From Candidatus Omnitrophota bacterium (GTDB taxonomy: Bacteria; Omnitrophota; Gorgyraeia; Gygaellales; Profunditerraquicolaceae), in contig JAQUPI010000002.1 in the NCBI GenBank assembly GCA_028716705.1, positions 14,067 to 78,066 of the forward strand: a DNA stretch of 64,000 bases, read 5' to 3'. The notes below the pieces were generated by a model. That model did no database searches. It was not told the DNA's origin and saw only the letters and a program-made list of their open reading frames with translations. Below are positions 41,101-49,874 of this stretch, one piece after another. Position numbers and translations under genes: made by a program. How positions within the stretch are numbered: position 1 is the stretch's first letter; the number at the start of each line of letters is the position of its first letter.

Positions 41101-41883
41101 ATGGGTAAGATAATTAGCATCTGTAATCAAAAGGGCGGCACCGGAAAAACTACCACGGCTATTAACCTTGCAGCGTATCTTTCTTTGGCAGGAAAGAAAG
41201 TTTTGCTTATGGACCTCGACCCCCAGGCAAATGCCACGAGTGGTTTAGGTATAAATAAGCATAATATAAAAAAAAGTACCTACCATATCCTACTTGAAGA
41301 ATTGGACATTAAAGAAGCACTGCAAAAAACAGAATTGGACAATCTTTGGCTTGCTCCTTCAAATTTGGATTTAACCGGCGCAGAAGTTGAGCTTGTAGGA
41401 ACCCTTGGACGGGAATATAGATTAAAAAAGTCTTTAGAAAGAGAGCGGGAGAATTTTGATTTTGTGCTCGTTGATTCTCCACCTTCTTTGGGACTTTTAA
41501 CCATAAACGCTTTATGTGCCGCTGACTCGATCATTATTCCTGTTCAGTGCGAATATTACGCCCTGGAGGGATTAACTCAATTGTCCAATACTATTAAACT
41601 GGTAAGGGACAATTTAAACCCTAATCTGGGTATCGAGGGAGTAATTTTGACCATGGCGGACTTCCGCACCAATTTAACTAAAGAAGTAATCCAGGAGGCA
41701 AGGGCGCATTTTAAAGAGAAAGTTTACAATACGGTGATACCGAGGAATATTCGTTTAACAGAAGCCCCGAGTTTCGGTAAGCCGGTGGTTTTATATGACA
41801 AGGAATCGATAGGGGCGCAAAAATACGAGCAATTATGTAAAGAAGTCTTGGGTATTCCCATACCCTTAGAGGGAGAAGCTTAA
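41101..41883 (+). CDS. parA: Chromosome partitioning ATPase ParA/Soj
   Basis: Deviant Walker A motif, NQKGGTGKTT. Confidence 0.85.
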   Translation: MGKIISICNQKGGTGKTTTAINLAAYLSLAGKKVLLMDLDPQANATSGLGINKHNIKKSTYHILLEELDIKEALQKTELDNLWLAPSNLDLTGAEVELVGTLGREYRLKKSLERERENFDFVLVDSPPSLGLLTINALCAADSIIIPVQCEYYALEGLTQLSNTIKLVRDNLNPNLGIEGVILTMADFRTNLTKEVIQEARAHFKEKVYNTVIPRNIRLTEAPSFGKPVVLYDKESIGAQKYEQLCKEVLGIPIPLEGEA

Positions 41884-42735
41884 ATGGAAAGAAAAGCCTT
41901 GGGAAAGGGGATTAGCGCACTAATACCGAATAAAGAACCGGAGGGCGAAAGGCAAGGGGAGGTGTTTTATCTCCAGTTGGATAAGATCAAACCCAGCCCT
42001 TTTCAACCTCGCGCGATTTTCGACACCCAAAGCCTGGATGAACTGGCGCAGTCAATTAAGGAGAAAGGCGTTATTCAGCCGGTTATCGTTAGGCGTAATG
42101 GAGATTACTATGAATTAATCGCCGGGGAAAGAAGGTTCCGCGCTGCCAGCTCTTTGAATTTAAAAGAGATACCTGTTATCGTCAAGGACGTCAATGATTT
42201 GGATTCTTTGGAAATAGCGTTGATCGAGAACATTCAGCGGGAATCGCTGAATCCCATTGAGGAGGCCCGCGCTTATCAATTTCTTATTGATAAGTTCTCG
42301 GTGACTCATGAAAAGATCAGCGAAGTTCTAGGCAAAGCCCGGGCGTCTATCACCAATACATTGAGGCTATTGGACCTGCCTGTCGAGATCCAGGACGAGA
42401 TCAAGAAAGGACGCATTCCTTTTGCGCACGGCCGGGCCTTATTGGAGGTTGAAGACCTGCAACAGCAGCGCCGGATGGCCGCAGAGATCATTGCCAAGAG
42501 CATGTCACTTAGGGAATTGGAGAATTTGATCAAGAGTCAGAGGAGAAAAGCTCCCAGGCATAAGGCCGGCCTTGGCGCGCATGACACTTACATATTGGTC
42601 CTCGAAGAACAACTGCAACATATTCTAGGGACAAAGGTAAGGATCAGCAGGAAGAAAAAAAGGGGGCATATCTTGATCGAGTTTTTTTCACACGAGGAAT
42701 TGGAGAGGATCATTAAAAAGCTGAAGGGGGCTTAA
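41884..42735 (+). CDS. parB: Chromosome partitioning protein ParB/Spo0J
   Basis: 283 aa with a ParB box (GERRFRAA) and an HTH. Confidence 0.85.
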   Translation: MERKALGKGISALIPNKEPEGERQGEVFYLQLDKIKPSPFQPRAIFDTQSLDELAQSIKEKGVIQPVIVRRNGDYYELIAGERRFRAASSLNLKEIPVIVKDVNDLDSLEIALIENIQRESLNPIEEARAYQFLIDKFSVTHEKISEVLGKARASITNTLRLLDLPVEIQDEIKKGRIPFAHGRALLEVEDLQQQRRMAAEIIAKSMSLRELENLIKSQRRKAPRHKAGLGAHDTYILVLEEQLQHILGTKVRISRKKKRGHILIEFFSHEELERIIKKLKGA

Positions 42736-43241
42736 TGGCAAACCAGGCAACTCTGATACTTATAAAACCGGATGGGTTGAAAAAATCTCTAACCGGAAAT
42801 ATCTTAACCCGGCTCTCTGAAACTAAGCTGGAAATTGTGGCCGCTAAAATTGCCACCGTATCCAGGGAGCTGGCCGAAGAGCACTACCGGCACCTGAAAG
42901 ACAAGCCTTTTTTCAGCGATCTTATAAAATATCTCCGTGGAGAGTTGCATAACCGCCGTAAAGTCATGGCGCTGGTTTATTGGGGGGAAGACGCCATCAA
43001 AAAATGCAGGCAGCTGGCCGGAAGCACTAACCCTGAAGAGGCGGAATCCACAAGTATCCGCGGTTCGTACGGCAGGATTACCACTTCCGGGGTTTACGAG
43101 AATGTAATCCACGTTTCTTCTGAAGATAAGGAAGCGGAAAGGGAGATCAAGCTTTGGTTCCATCCGGATGAAATAATAGTGAATTTATACCCTACTAAAG
43201 AAGCGGTGGAGAAAGAAAAAAAAATAAAGGTTTGGGCCTAA
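42735..43241 (+). CDS. ndk: Nucleoside diphosphate kinase
   Basis: 168 aa with TLILIKPDG and a catalytic His region (NVIHVS). Confidence 0.75.
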   Translation: MANQATLILIKPDGLKKSLTGNILTRLSETKLEIVAAKIATVSRELAEEHYRHLKDKPFFSDLIKYLRGELHNRRKVMALVYWGEDAIKKCRQLAGSTNPEEAESTSIRGSYGRITTSGVYENVIHVSSEDKEAEREIKLWFHPDEIIVNLYPTKEAVEKEKKIKVWA

Positions 43242-43242
43242 A

Positions 43243-44067
43243 ATGAACAGCATGACCGGTTTTGCCAGTAAGGAATTGGCCGCGAGGCCTTTCGGAAAGA
43301 TTTTCCTGGAAATTCGCAGCACCAACCACAAATTTTTGGAAGTGGTTTTCCATCTGCCCGTCGGCCTTTTGGCTTTAGAGGATAAGATAAAAAAGGAGAT
43401 AGAGGGGAAGTTCAAGAGGGGCAGGATCGTATGCGTGATGAACATACAGGCCAGCCGGTCTAACAAAATCTTCATCGATAAGCCTCTTCTAAGGCATTAT
43501 GTTTCCGCGTTGCGCGCCATAAGCAGGGAAAGCCGGTTAAATGAAGATATAAGCCTGAACACATTGGTTAATTTGCCGGGCGTGTTGTCTCTTGTGGAAG
43601 ACAGGCGCAGGGAGAGCAAGCTTTGGCCTCATCTTAAAGACCTGCTCGACCGTACACTCGCTGACCTTTCGGCTATGCGCCGTAAGGAAGGAGAGGCGCT
43701 ATGCGTTTATTTCAAAAAGGGCGCTAAGGGGCTTACGGAAGACTTGAATAGCGTGAAAGAAAAATTCAAAAAAATGGTCAAGGAGAAGCTGAAGGAGCTT
43801 GCTACTGCGGAAGAACGCTGCAGCTTTCTCAAGGATTCGGATATAACTGAGGAAGTCGAGCGTTTAAGTTTCCACATCAAGAATTTCAAAGACAAGCTCT
43901 CAAAGGCAGGGGCGATAGGGAAGGAGCTGGATTTTATCGCGCAGGAGATGCAGCGCGAGGCAAATACCATGGGCGCTAAATCCGTGGATGTGTCGATATC
44001 CGCCAAGGTCGTACAGATAAAAAGCCAGGTGGAAAAAATCAGGGAGCAATTGCAGAATATAGAGTGA
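43243..44067 (+). CDS. yicC: YicC-family stress-induced protein
   Basis: 274 aa with an SMTGF start and the EIRSTNHKFLE motif. Confidence 0.8.
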   Translation: MNSMTGFASKELAARPFGKIFLEIRSTNHKFLEVVFHLPVGLLALEDKIKKEIEGKFKRGRIVCVMNIQASRSNKIFIDKPLLRHYVSALRAISRESRLNEDISLNTLVNLPGVLSLVEDRRRESKLWPHLKDLLDRTLADLSAMRRKEGEALCVYFKKGAKGLTEDLNSVKEKFKKMVKEKLKELATAEERCSFLKDSDITEEVERLSFHIKNFKDKLSKAGAIGKELDFIAQEMQREANTMGAKSVDVSISAKVVQIKSQVEKIREQLQNIE

Positions 44068-44714
44068 AGCCAAGACACAAGTCACAAGTCACAAGTCACA
44101 AGGCGAATGGGATAATATTCATAATTTGCGGGCCTTCGGGTTCGGGTAAGACGACGCTGGCAAGGAACCTGCTGGCCGATAAAAGCTTGAAAGGCAAATT
44201 AAACCGGCCCATCTCCCTGACCACACGGCCGAAAAGGTCCGGAGAGAAAGATAAAAAAGATTATTTTTTCGTCAGCGAAGAGCGGTTTAATGAGCAGAAA
44301 AAAAGAAAAAAGATCCTCGAGTGGACCAAATACCTCGGCTATTATTACGCCACGCCAAGGGATTTTATCGAGGGGCGGCTGGAAAAAGGAAAGAACATTA
44401 TCCTTTGCCTGGACCTGAAGGGCGCCGCCACAATAAAGCGGCTTTACCCAAAAAATACGGTAATATTTTTTGTTATGCCGCCGTCGATAGATGCGCTTTT
44501 ACACCGGATCACGAACAGGTGCAATAAGACCCGGGAGAAAGAAATAAGACAGCGCCTGGAGCTGGCGCGCAGGGAGCTTAGGGTCTGCCGCAGGTATGAT
44601 TATTGCATAGTGAATAAAGACCTGGAAAAAGCGACGGAAAAGTTAAGGGGTATTATATTAAAAAAGATCGGAGAAAAAGATGCCATACGTAGCGCTGGAA
44701 AAACTGCTGGATAA
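44064..44714 (+). CDS. gmk: Guanylate kinase
   Basis: P-loop CGPSGSGKTT. The GTG start at 44064 is the only in-frame start. The N-terminal extension HKSQVTSHK is encoded by a (CACAAGT)x3 repeat. Confidence 0.85.
   Translation: MKPRHKSQVTSHKANGIIFIICGPSGSGKTTLARNLLADKSLKGKLNRPISLTTRPKRSGEKDKKDYFFVSEERFNEQKKRKKILEWTKYLGYYYATPRDFIEGRLEKGKNIILCLDLKGAATIKRLYPKNTVIFFVMPPSIDALLHRITNRCNKTREKEIRQRLELARRELRVCRRYDYCIVNKDLEKATEKLRGIILKKIGEKDAIRSAGKTAG
44071..44103 (+). repeat. GTCACAA heptamer tandem repeat, locus 1
   Basis: caagacacaagtcacaagtcacaagtcacaagg, immediately after the yicC stop and inside the first codons of gmk. Confidence 0.7.
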
Positions 44715-44889
44715 AAGCGACTTCTCTATTTTTAAATTGGTCATCCTGGCCTCAAAAAGGTCGCTGGAGATCGCTGAGGGCCAGCCAAAGCTGGTAAATG
44801 TGGACCCTTCGTTTAAGCCGTCAACGGCGGCTCTTTATGAGATCGCCGAAGGCAAAATACGCTATAAGAAGCCAAAATCTGAAAAATAA
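44680..44889 (+). CDS. rpoZ: DNA-directed RNA polymerase subunit omega
   Basis: 69 aa with FKLVILASKRSLEI. The gmk-rpoZ linkage is canonical. Confidence 0.75.
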   Translation: MPYVALEKLLDKSDFSIFKLVILASKRSLEIAEGQPKLVNVDPSFKPSTAALYEIAEGKIRYKKPKSEK

Positions 44890-44891
44890 TC

Positions 44892-45434
44892 ATGGTTAGA
44901 GGGAAAAACATCGTCTTGGGAGTGACCGGGAGCGTGGCAATATATAAGGCATGCGATATTGTCCGGCGTTTGCAAGACCGCGGTTTTCAGGTAACGGTGG
45001 TCATGACGCGTGAAGCGGCGGAATTTATTAAACCCGCGCTTTTTCGAAGCCTTACCGGGAATAACGTTTTCTGCGGCCTTTTTGACACCCCCGAGGCCTG
45101 GGAGATAGAGCACGTTTCTCTTGCCGAAAAAGCGGACCTGCTTCTGGTCGCTCCGGCAACCGCTAATATAATAGCCAAGATCTCCTCGGGGATCTGCGAC
45201 GACCTTTTGAGTTGCGTTGCCTGCGCCACCAAGGCGCCTGTCTTGATCTGTCCGGCGATGAATAAGAATATGTTCAAGAACCGCATTACGCAGGATAACA
45301 TAAAGAAATTAAAGTCATTGGGATATAAGTTCGTGGAGCCGCGTGAGGGTAGGCTTGCCTGCGGCAGCGTCGGGATAGGCTGCTTGGCAGATGTAGAAAA
45401 TATAGTAGAGGAAGCGAAAAAAATTTTAAGCTGA
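44892..45434 (+). CDS. coaC: Phosphopantothenoylcysteine decarboxylase (stand-alone CoaC flavoprotein)
   Basis: 180 aa with NIVLGVTGSVAIYK and PAMNKNM motifs. No CoaB domain. Confidence 0.75.
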   Translation: MVRGKNIVLGVTGSVAIYKACDIVRRLQDRGFQVTVVMTREAAEFIKPALFRSLTGNNVFCGLFDTPEAWEIEHVSLAEKADLLLVAPATANIIAKISSGICDDLLSCVACATKAPVLICPAMNKNMFKNRITQDNIKKLKSLGYKFVEPREGRLACGSVGIGCLADVENIVEEAKKILS

Positions 45435-45438
45435 CTTT

Positions 45439-45513
45439 GGCGCGGTAGCCAAGTGGCAAGGCGACTGTCTGCAAAACAGTTATACAGCGGTTCGAATCCG
45501 CTCCGCGCCTCCA
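45439..45513 (+). tRNA. tRNA-Cys (GCA)
   Basis: GGCGCGGTAGCCAAGTGGCAAGGCGACTGTCTGCAAAACAGTTATACAGCGGTTCGAATCCGCTCCGCGCCTCCA. Anticodon loop CTGCAAA. Confidence 0.9.
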
Positions 45514-45520
45514 AATTTCG

Positions 45521-46297
45521 ATGCCGCAAAAAAGAAAAAAATTAAATATTGAGGGAACAAACCTTTGGTATTTGGTGGGGTTGATTACAAGTGACGGAAA
45601 TCTTTCAAAAGACGGAAGGCATGTCGACATAACAGCGAAAGATAGATATTTTTTACGGACCATAACAGCGAAGCTCGGATTGGCGAATAAAATCGGTATA
45701 AAGAATAAGGACACCTACAAAGAGGCGCACAGACTTCAAATCTCGAATAAAAATTTCTACGATTTTCTTTTGTCAATCGGCCTTAGACAAAATAAATCGT
45801 TGATTTTAGGCGCGTTACATGTTCCGAATCGATATTTTATGGATTTTTTAAGAGGGGTAATCGATGGCGACGGATGTATCCGCAACTGGATACATCCAAC
45901 CAATAGAAGGGAACAATGGAGCCTGAGGATATATTCTGGCTCGGAGAAGTTTATCAGCTGGCTAAGTGACGAAATAGCAGGATTATTAGAGGTTTTTGGC
46001 AAGATTTATAACAGCAGAGAAAATTTATGGGTATTAAAGTACGGCAAAATGGCCGCGAGAGAAATAATCAGAAGGTGTTATTATAAAAATTGTTTTGGCT
46101 TAAAAAGAAAGATAAAATTAGCTCGGGATTGCTGCAGATCGTATTCGGGTTGGACTCAAAGCAAAACGGTTGTTGATTGTTATCGCCGGGATGGCGAAAC
46201 TGGCAAACGCACGGGACTTAAAATCCCGCGGCCGCAAGGCCTTGTGGGTTCAATTCCCTCTCCCGGCACTTTTTGGGCTCATAGCTCAGTTGGTTAG
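45521..46297 (+). CDS. LAGLIDADG homing endonuclease (double-motif); 3' end reads through tRNA-Leu
   Basis: Motifs LVGLITSDGNL and LRGVIDGDGCI. The ORF starts 8 nt after tRNA-Cys. Its last ~110 nt overlap tRNA-Leu on the same strand, so the true C-terminus is uncertain. Confidence 0.6.
   Translation: MPQKRKKLNIEGTNLWYLVGLITSDGNLSKDGRHVDITAKDRYFLRTITAKLGLANKIGIKNKDTYKEAHRLQISNKNFYDFLLSIGLRQNKSLILGALHVPNRYFMDFLRGVIDGDGCIRNWIHPTNRREQWSLRIYSGSEKFISWLSDEIAGLLEVFGKIYNSRENLWVLKYGKMAAREIIRRCYYKNCFGLKRKIKLARDCCRSYSGWTQSKTVVDCYRRDGETGKRTGLKIPRPQGLVGSIPSPGTFWAHSSVG
46185..46268 (+). tRNA. tRNA-Leu (TAA), type II variable arm
   Basis: GCCGGGATGGCGAAACTGGCAAACGCACGGGACTTAAAATCCCGCGGCCGCAAGGCCTTGTGGGTTCAATTCCCTCTCCCGGCA. 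The anticodon loop is intact, so there is no intron. Confidence 0.9.
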
Positions 46298-46348
46298 AGC
46301 GTTGCGTTGACATCGCAAAGGTCTGAGGTCCGAATCCTCATGGGCCCA
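46275..46348 (+). tRNA. tRNA-Val (GAC)
   Basis: GGGCTCATAGCTCAGTTGGTTAGAGCGTTGCGTTGACATCGCAAAGGTCTGAGGTCCGAATCCTCATGGGCCCA. Anticodon loop TTGACAT. Confidence 0.85.
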
Positions 46349-46365
46349 TTTTAGCCGCAAAACAC

Positions 46366-48084
46366 ATGGATATAGATATTCTTAGGCATTCCTGCTCGCA
46401 TATTATGGCTGAGGCGGTCAAGGAGCTCTGGCCCGAGACCAAGTTAGGCATAGGGCCGTCCATCGAAGACGGGTTCTATTACGATTTCGACAAAAAAGAG
46501 CCACTTACCGACGAAGATTTGGCGGAGATCGAAAAAAAGATGAGCCAGATCATCGCTAAAGACGAGCCATTTACCCGGGAAGAACTCCCTAAAGATAAGG
46601 CGCTTAAGCTATTCGAGGGCTTGAGAGAGGATTACAAAGTGAGCCTTATCCGTGAGATTGCCGATGCGAACGTATCGGTGTACAGGACGGGCAAGGGTTT
46701 TACGGATCTGTGCCGCGGCCCGCATATCGAATCGACCGGGAAGATCAAGGCCTTCAAATTGCTGTCTGTTGCCGGGGCGTATTGGCATGGGATCGAAACC
46801 AATCCCATGCTGCAAAGGATTTACGGCACCTGCTTTGAAACAAAAAAAGAATTAGAAGAATACTTAAGGAATTTAGAAGAAGCGAAACTGCGCGACCACA
46901 GAAAATTGGGTCCGCAGCTGGAATACTTCGATATATATCATGAAGAGGCGGGGGCCGGGCTGGTTTTTTATCATCCCAAAGGCGCCCTGCTCAGGAAAAT
47001 AATAGAGGATTACGAAAAAGAGGAGCACCTGAAGCGCGGTTACGAGATCGTCATTACCCCGCATATAATGCAGGCGGAGCTTTGGAAAATATCCGGCCAC
47101 TACGATTATTACCGCGAGAATATGTACACTTTGAAGATAGAAGACAGGGAGTTTGTGCTCAAGCCGATGAATTGCCCCGGCCACATCCTGATCTATAAAT
47201 CCAAGACCAGGAGCTATAAGGAACTGCCTGTCAGGCTGTATGAACTTGGAACGGTTTATCGCCACGAAAAGGCCGGCGTCTTACACGGATTGCTGCGGGT
47301 GCGCGGCTTTACCCAGGATGACGCGCACATATTTTGCCTGCCGGAACAGGCAAAGCAAGAAATAAAATCGATTATTGACTTTGTTTTTGATACAATGAAG
47401 GTGTTCGGGTTTAGCGATGTAGGCATAGAATTAAGTACGCGCCCGGAAAAATATATTGGCAGCGATGAAGACTGGCGGATGGCTACCGCCGCCCTTGAGG
47501 AATCTTTGAAAGAGAAGGGGCTATCTTACGAGGTAAATCCCGGGGAAGGGGCGTTCTATGGCCCCAAGATCGACATAAAACTGAAGGATGCCTTAAGGCG
47601 CAGCTGGCAGTGCGCCACCATTCAGTGCGATTTCGCGCTCCCGAAGAGATTTGGCCTTTCGTATATCGACCAGGAAGGCAAAGAGCGGCAGCCGATCATG
47701 CTCCACCGCGTTTTATTGGGAAGCCTTGAGCGCTTTATGGGCGCCTTGATAGAGCAATATAAAGGCGCGCTGCCTGTTTGGCTGGCTCCCCAGCAGGCAT
47801 TGATAATTCCCATAAAGGATTCGGTGCACGAATACGCGCAGAAAGCAAGGTCTTCTTTGATGGATAAATTCATACGCGCCGATGTTGACAGCCGCAACGA
47901 GACGTTGAATAAAAGGATACGGCAGGCAGAGATAAACAAGGTACCTTACCTGCTGATAGTCGGCGAACGCGAGGCTGAACAGCAGACGGTTTCCGTAAGA
48001 AAAAGAGGGTCGGGGGATCTCGGTGCAATGACTATAGATGAATTCACAAAAACCATAGTGCAGGATATAAAAGACAAAAAATAA
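46366..48084 (+). CDS. thrS: Threonyl-tRNA synthetase (lacks the N-terminal TGS domain)
   Basis: 572 aa. Starts in the editing domain (HSCSHIM), followed by the class II core and a C-terminal anticodon-binding domain. Confidence 0.9.
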   Translation: MDIDILRHSCSHIMAEAVKELWPETKLGIGPSIEDGFYYDFDKKEPLTDEDLAEIEKKMSQIIAKDEPFTREELPKDKALKLFEGLREDYKVSLIREIADANVSVYRTGKGFTDLCRGPHIESTGKIKAFKLLSVAGAYWHGIETNPMLQRIYGTCFETKKELEEYLRNLEEAKLRDHRKLGPQLEYFDIYHEEAGAGLVFYHPKGALLRKIIEDYEKEEHLKRGYEIVITPHIMQAELWKISGHYDYYRENMYTLKIEDREFVLKPMNCPGHILIYKSKTRSYKELPVRLYELGTVYRHEKAGVLHGLLRVRGFTQDDAHIFCLPEQAKQEIKSIIDFVFDTMKVFGFSDVGIELSTRPEKYIGSDEDWRMATAALEESLKEKGLSYEVNPGEGAFYGPKIDIKLKDALRRSWQCATIQCDFALPKRFGLSYIDQEGKERQPIMLHRVLLGSLERFMGALIEQYKGALPVWLAPQQALIIPIKDSVHEYAQKARSSLMDKFIRADVDSRNETLNKRIRQAEINKVPYLLIVGEREAEQQTVSVRKRGSGDLGAMTIDEFTKTIVQDIKDKK

Positions 48085-48091
48085 GAAGGGG

Positions 48092-48607
48092 GTGGTTGCT
48101 ATAAAAAAATATATCCGCATAAATGAGAAGATACGCGTACCTCAAGTGCGCCTGGTAGGGCCGGATGGTAACCAGTTGGGCGTGGTACCGATACAAAACG
48201 CCATTGACATAGCCAACCAGCACGAATTGGACCTGGTTGAAGTCGCGCCCCAGGCGAGCCCTCCGGTATGCCGGATCATCGATTTCAGCAAGTTCAAATA
48301 TGACCAGGAGAAGAAGGAGCGGGAAGCCAAAAAACACCAGAGGCAATCCCGCCTTAAAGAGATACGCCTTAAACCGAATATAGATGATCATGATTACGAG
48401 ATCAAGGTGAAGCACGCGCTTGAATTTTTGAAAAAGAAAGACAAGGTCAAGGTGAGCCTGTTTTTTAGGGGCAGGCAGATGGAGCATTTGGACATAGGCA
48501 GGAAGATCCTGGATAAATTCATCACGGATGTGCGAAATGAAGGACAGGTGGAAAAAGAGCCCGTCCTGGAAGGCAGGATAATATCGTTTATGGTCGCGCC
48601 GAAATAA
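48092..48607 (+). CDS. infC: Translation initiation factor IF-3
   Basis: 171 aa. The track's start codon is GTG; IF-3 genes commonly use AUU or AUA starts and an ATA codon lies 3 codons downstream. Confidence 0.85.
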   Translation: MVAIKKYIRINEKIRVPQVRLVGPDGNQLGVVPIQNAIDIANQHELDLVEVAPQASPPVCRIIDFSKFKYDQEKKEREAKKHQRQSRLKEIRLKPNIDDHDYEIKVKHALEFLKKKDKVKVSLFFRGRQMEHLDIGRKILDKFITDVRNEGQVEKEPVLEGRIISFMVAPK

Positions 48608-48625
48608 TAATATAGGAGTAAATTC

Positions 48626-48826
48626 ATGCCAAAATTAAAAACCAAAAAAGGTTTGGTCAAAAGGGTAAAACTGACAAAAAAAGGAAAAGTAAAATATCCG
48701 GCTTGCGGCAAGAGCCACCTTTTATCCAGCAAGAACAGTAAAAGGCTGCGCAGGCTTAGGAGGCGCAGGATCGTCGCCGGAAAGAAGGACATAAAATACA
48801 TAAAAAGAATGCTGCCGTATGGATAA
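48626..48826 (+). CDS. rpmI: 50S ribosomal protein L35
   Basis: 66 aa, MPKLKTKKGLVKRVK... Confidence 0.9.
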   Translation: MPKLKTKKGLVKRVKLTKKGKVKYPACGKSHLLSSKNSKRLRRLRRRRIVAGKKDIKYIKRMLPYG

Positions 48827-48856
48827 ACGGTAAGCAAGCGATAAGGAGCGATTGTT

Positions 48857-49204
48857 ATGGCAAAGATCAAGCATAGTGTGGCAACGCGCAGAAGAAAAAA
48901 GAGGACATTAAAAAAGGCCAAGGGTTTCTGGGGGGACAGGAGCAAGCAATACCGCCAGGCCCGCCGGGCGCTGATGCACGCCCTGGTATACTCTTACCGC
49001 GACCGGAAGGTAAAAAAGAGAGAATTCAGGCGCTTGTGGATCGCGCGCATAAATGCAGCCTGCCGCCAGGCCGGTATAACTTACAGCGCGTTCATGAACG
49101 GGCTCAAAAAGGCGAAGGTTGGCCTGGATAGAAAAGTCCTGGCGGATCTGGCCGTGAAAGATACGCATGCCTTTAAAAAACTGATTGAAATAGCCAAACA
49201 ATAA
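48857..49204 (+). CDS. rplT: 50S ribosomal protein L20
   Basis: 115 aa, MAKIKHSVATRRRKKRTLKKAKGFWG... Confidence 0.9.
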   Translation: MAKIKHSVATRRRKKRTLKKAKGFWGDRSKQYRQARRALMHALVYSYRDRKVKKREFRRLWIARINAACRQAGITYSAFMNGLKKAKVGLDRKVLADLAVKDTHAFKKLIEIAKQ

Positions 49205-49217
49205 GCGGGGCGCCTCT

Positions 49218-49862
49218 ATGTATGTAATAATAGTCGGCTGCGGCAGGGTGGGTTCAGAACTGGCCAAGCTTTTATCCGCAGAAGGACATAACGTAGTCAT
49301 CATAGACAAGAATCCGGCTTCCTTTGAAAGATTAGGAGGAGCGTTTAACGGAATAACCGTTATCGGCAATGGTTTTTCTTTGAATCTGCTGAGGCAGGCC
49401 GGTATAGAAAAGGCAGACGCCTTTTGCGCCGTTACGAACGGGGACAACACCAATTTAGTCTCGGCGCAAGCGGCGAAAAAGATATTCAATGTACCCAAGG
49501 TCATCGCGCGCGTGTATGACCCGCAAAGGGCGCACATATATAAAGCGCTGGGCTTGGATATTATCAGCGGGACGATACTCTTTGCGGCCATGCTCAGGGA
49601 TAAGATCATTGAAAGCCGCTTCTCCAGTTATCTGATCGAAACGAAGGACCTCGGGGTCCTCGAAATAGAAGTAAAAGGTGATTTGGCCGGCAAGGCGATA
49701 AAGGATATAAATATCCCGGGAGAATTTCTGGTGGTAGCCATAAGAAGGCCCCGGGAAATAATCCTGCCTCAGTCAGAGACTCTCGTAAAAGAAAAAGACA
49801 TTTTAATGGGCGCGGTAAAAGTAGAGAGCCTCAAGAAGATAAAGCAGAAATTTAATTTATAA
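49218..49862 (+). CDS. trkA: Trk/Ktr K+ transport NAD-binding regulatory subunit (RCK_N + RCK_C)
   Basis: IIVGCGRVGSELA Rossmann motif. Confidence 0.75.
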   Translation: MYVIIVGCGRVGSELAKLLSAEGHNVVIIDKNPASFERLGGAFNGITVIGNGFSLNLLRQAGIEKADAFCAVTNGDNTNLVSAQAAKKIFNVPKVIARVYDPQRAHIYKALGLDIISGTILFAAMLRDKIIESRFSSYLIETKDLGVLEIEVKGDLAGKAIKDINIPGEFLVVAIRRPREIILPQSETLVKEKDILMGAVKVESLKKIKQKFNL

Positions 49863-49874
49863 AGCGAGGAGAGA

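Noticed and set aside
45521-46180. Ending the homing-endonuclease CDS before tRNA-Leu.
   Set aside because: There is no in-frame stop codon before 46297, so a shorter CDS cannot be supported from sequence alone. The overlap is reported as a finding instead.
46185-46268. Possible group I intron in tRNA-Leu(UAA) hosting the LAGLIDADG ORF.
   Set aside because: The tRNA-Leu anticodon loop (CTTAAAA) and the whole cloverleaf are uninterrupted, and the endonuclease ORF lies entirely 5' of the tRNA. No intron is splitting this tRNA.
46269-46365. T-box leader upstream of thrS (and of pheS at ~52600).
   Set aside because: The thrS upstream region is occupied by tRNA-Val(GAC). No specifier or T-box (AGGGUGGNACCGCG) sequence is seen, and pheS is preceded by coding sequence.
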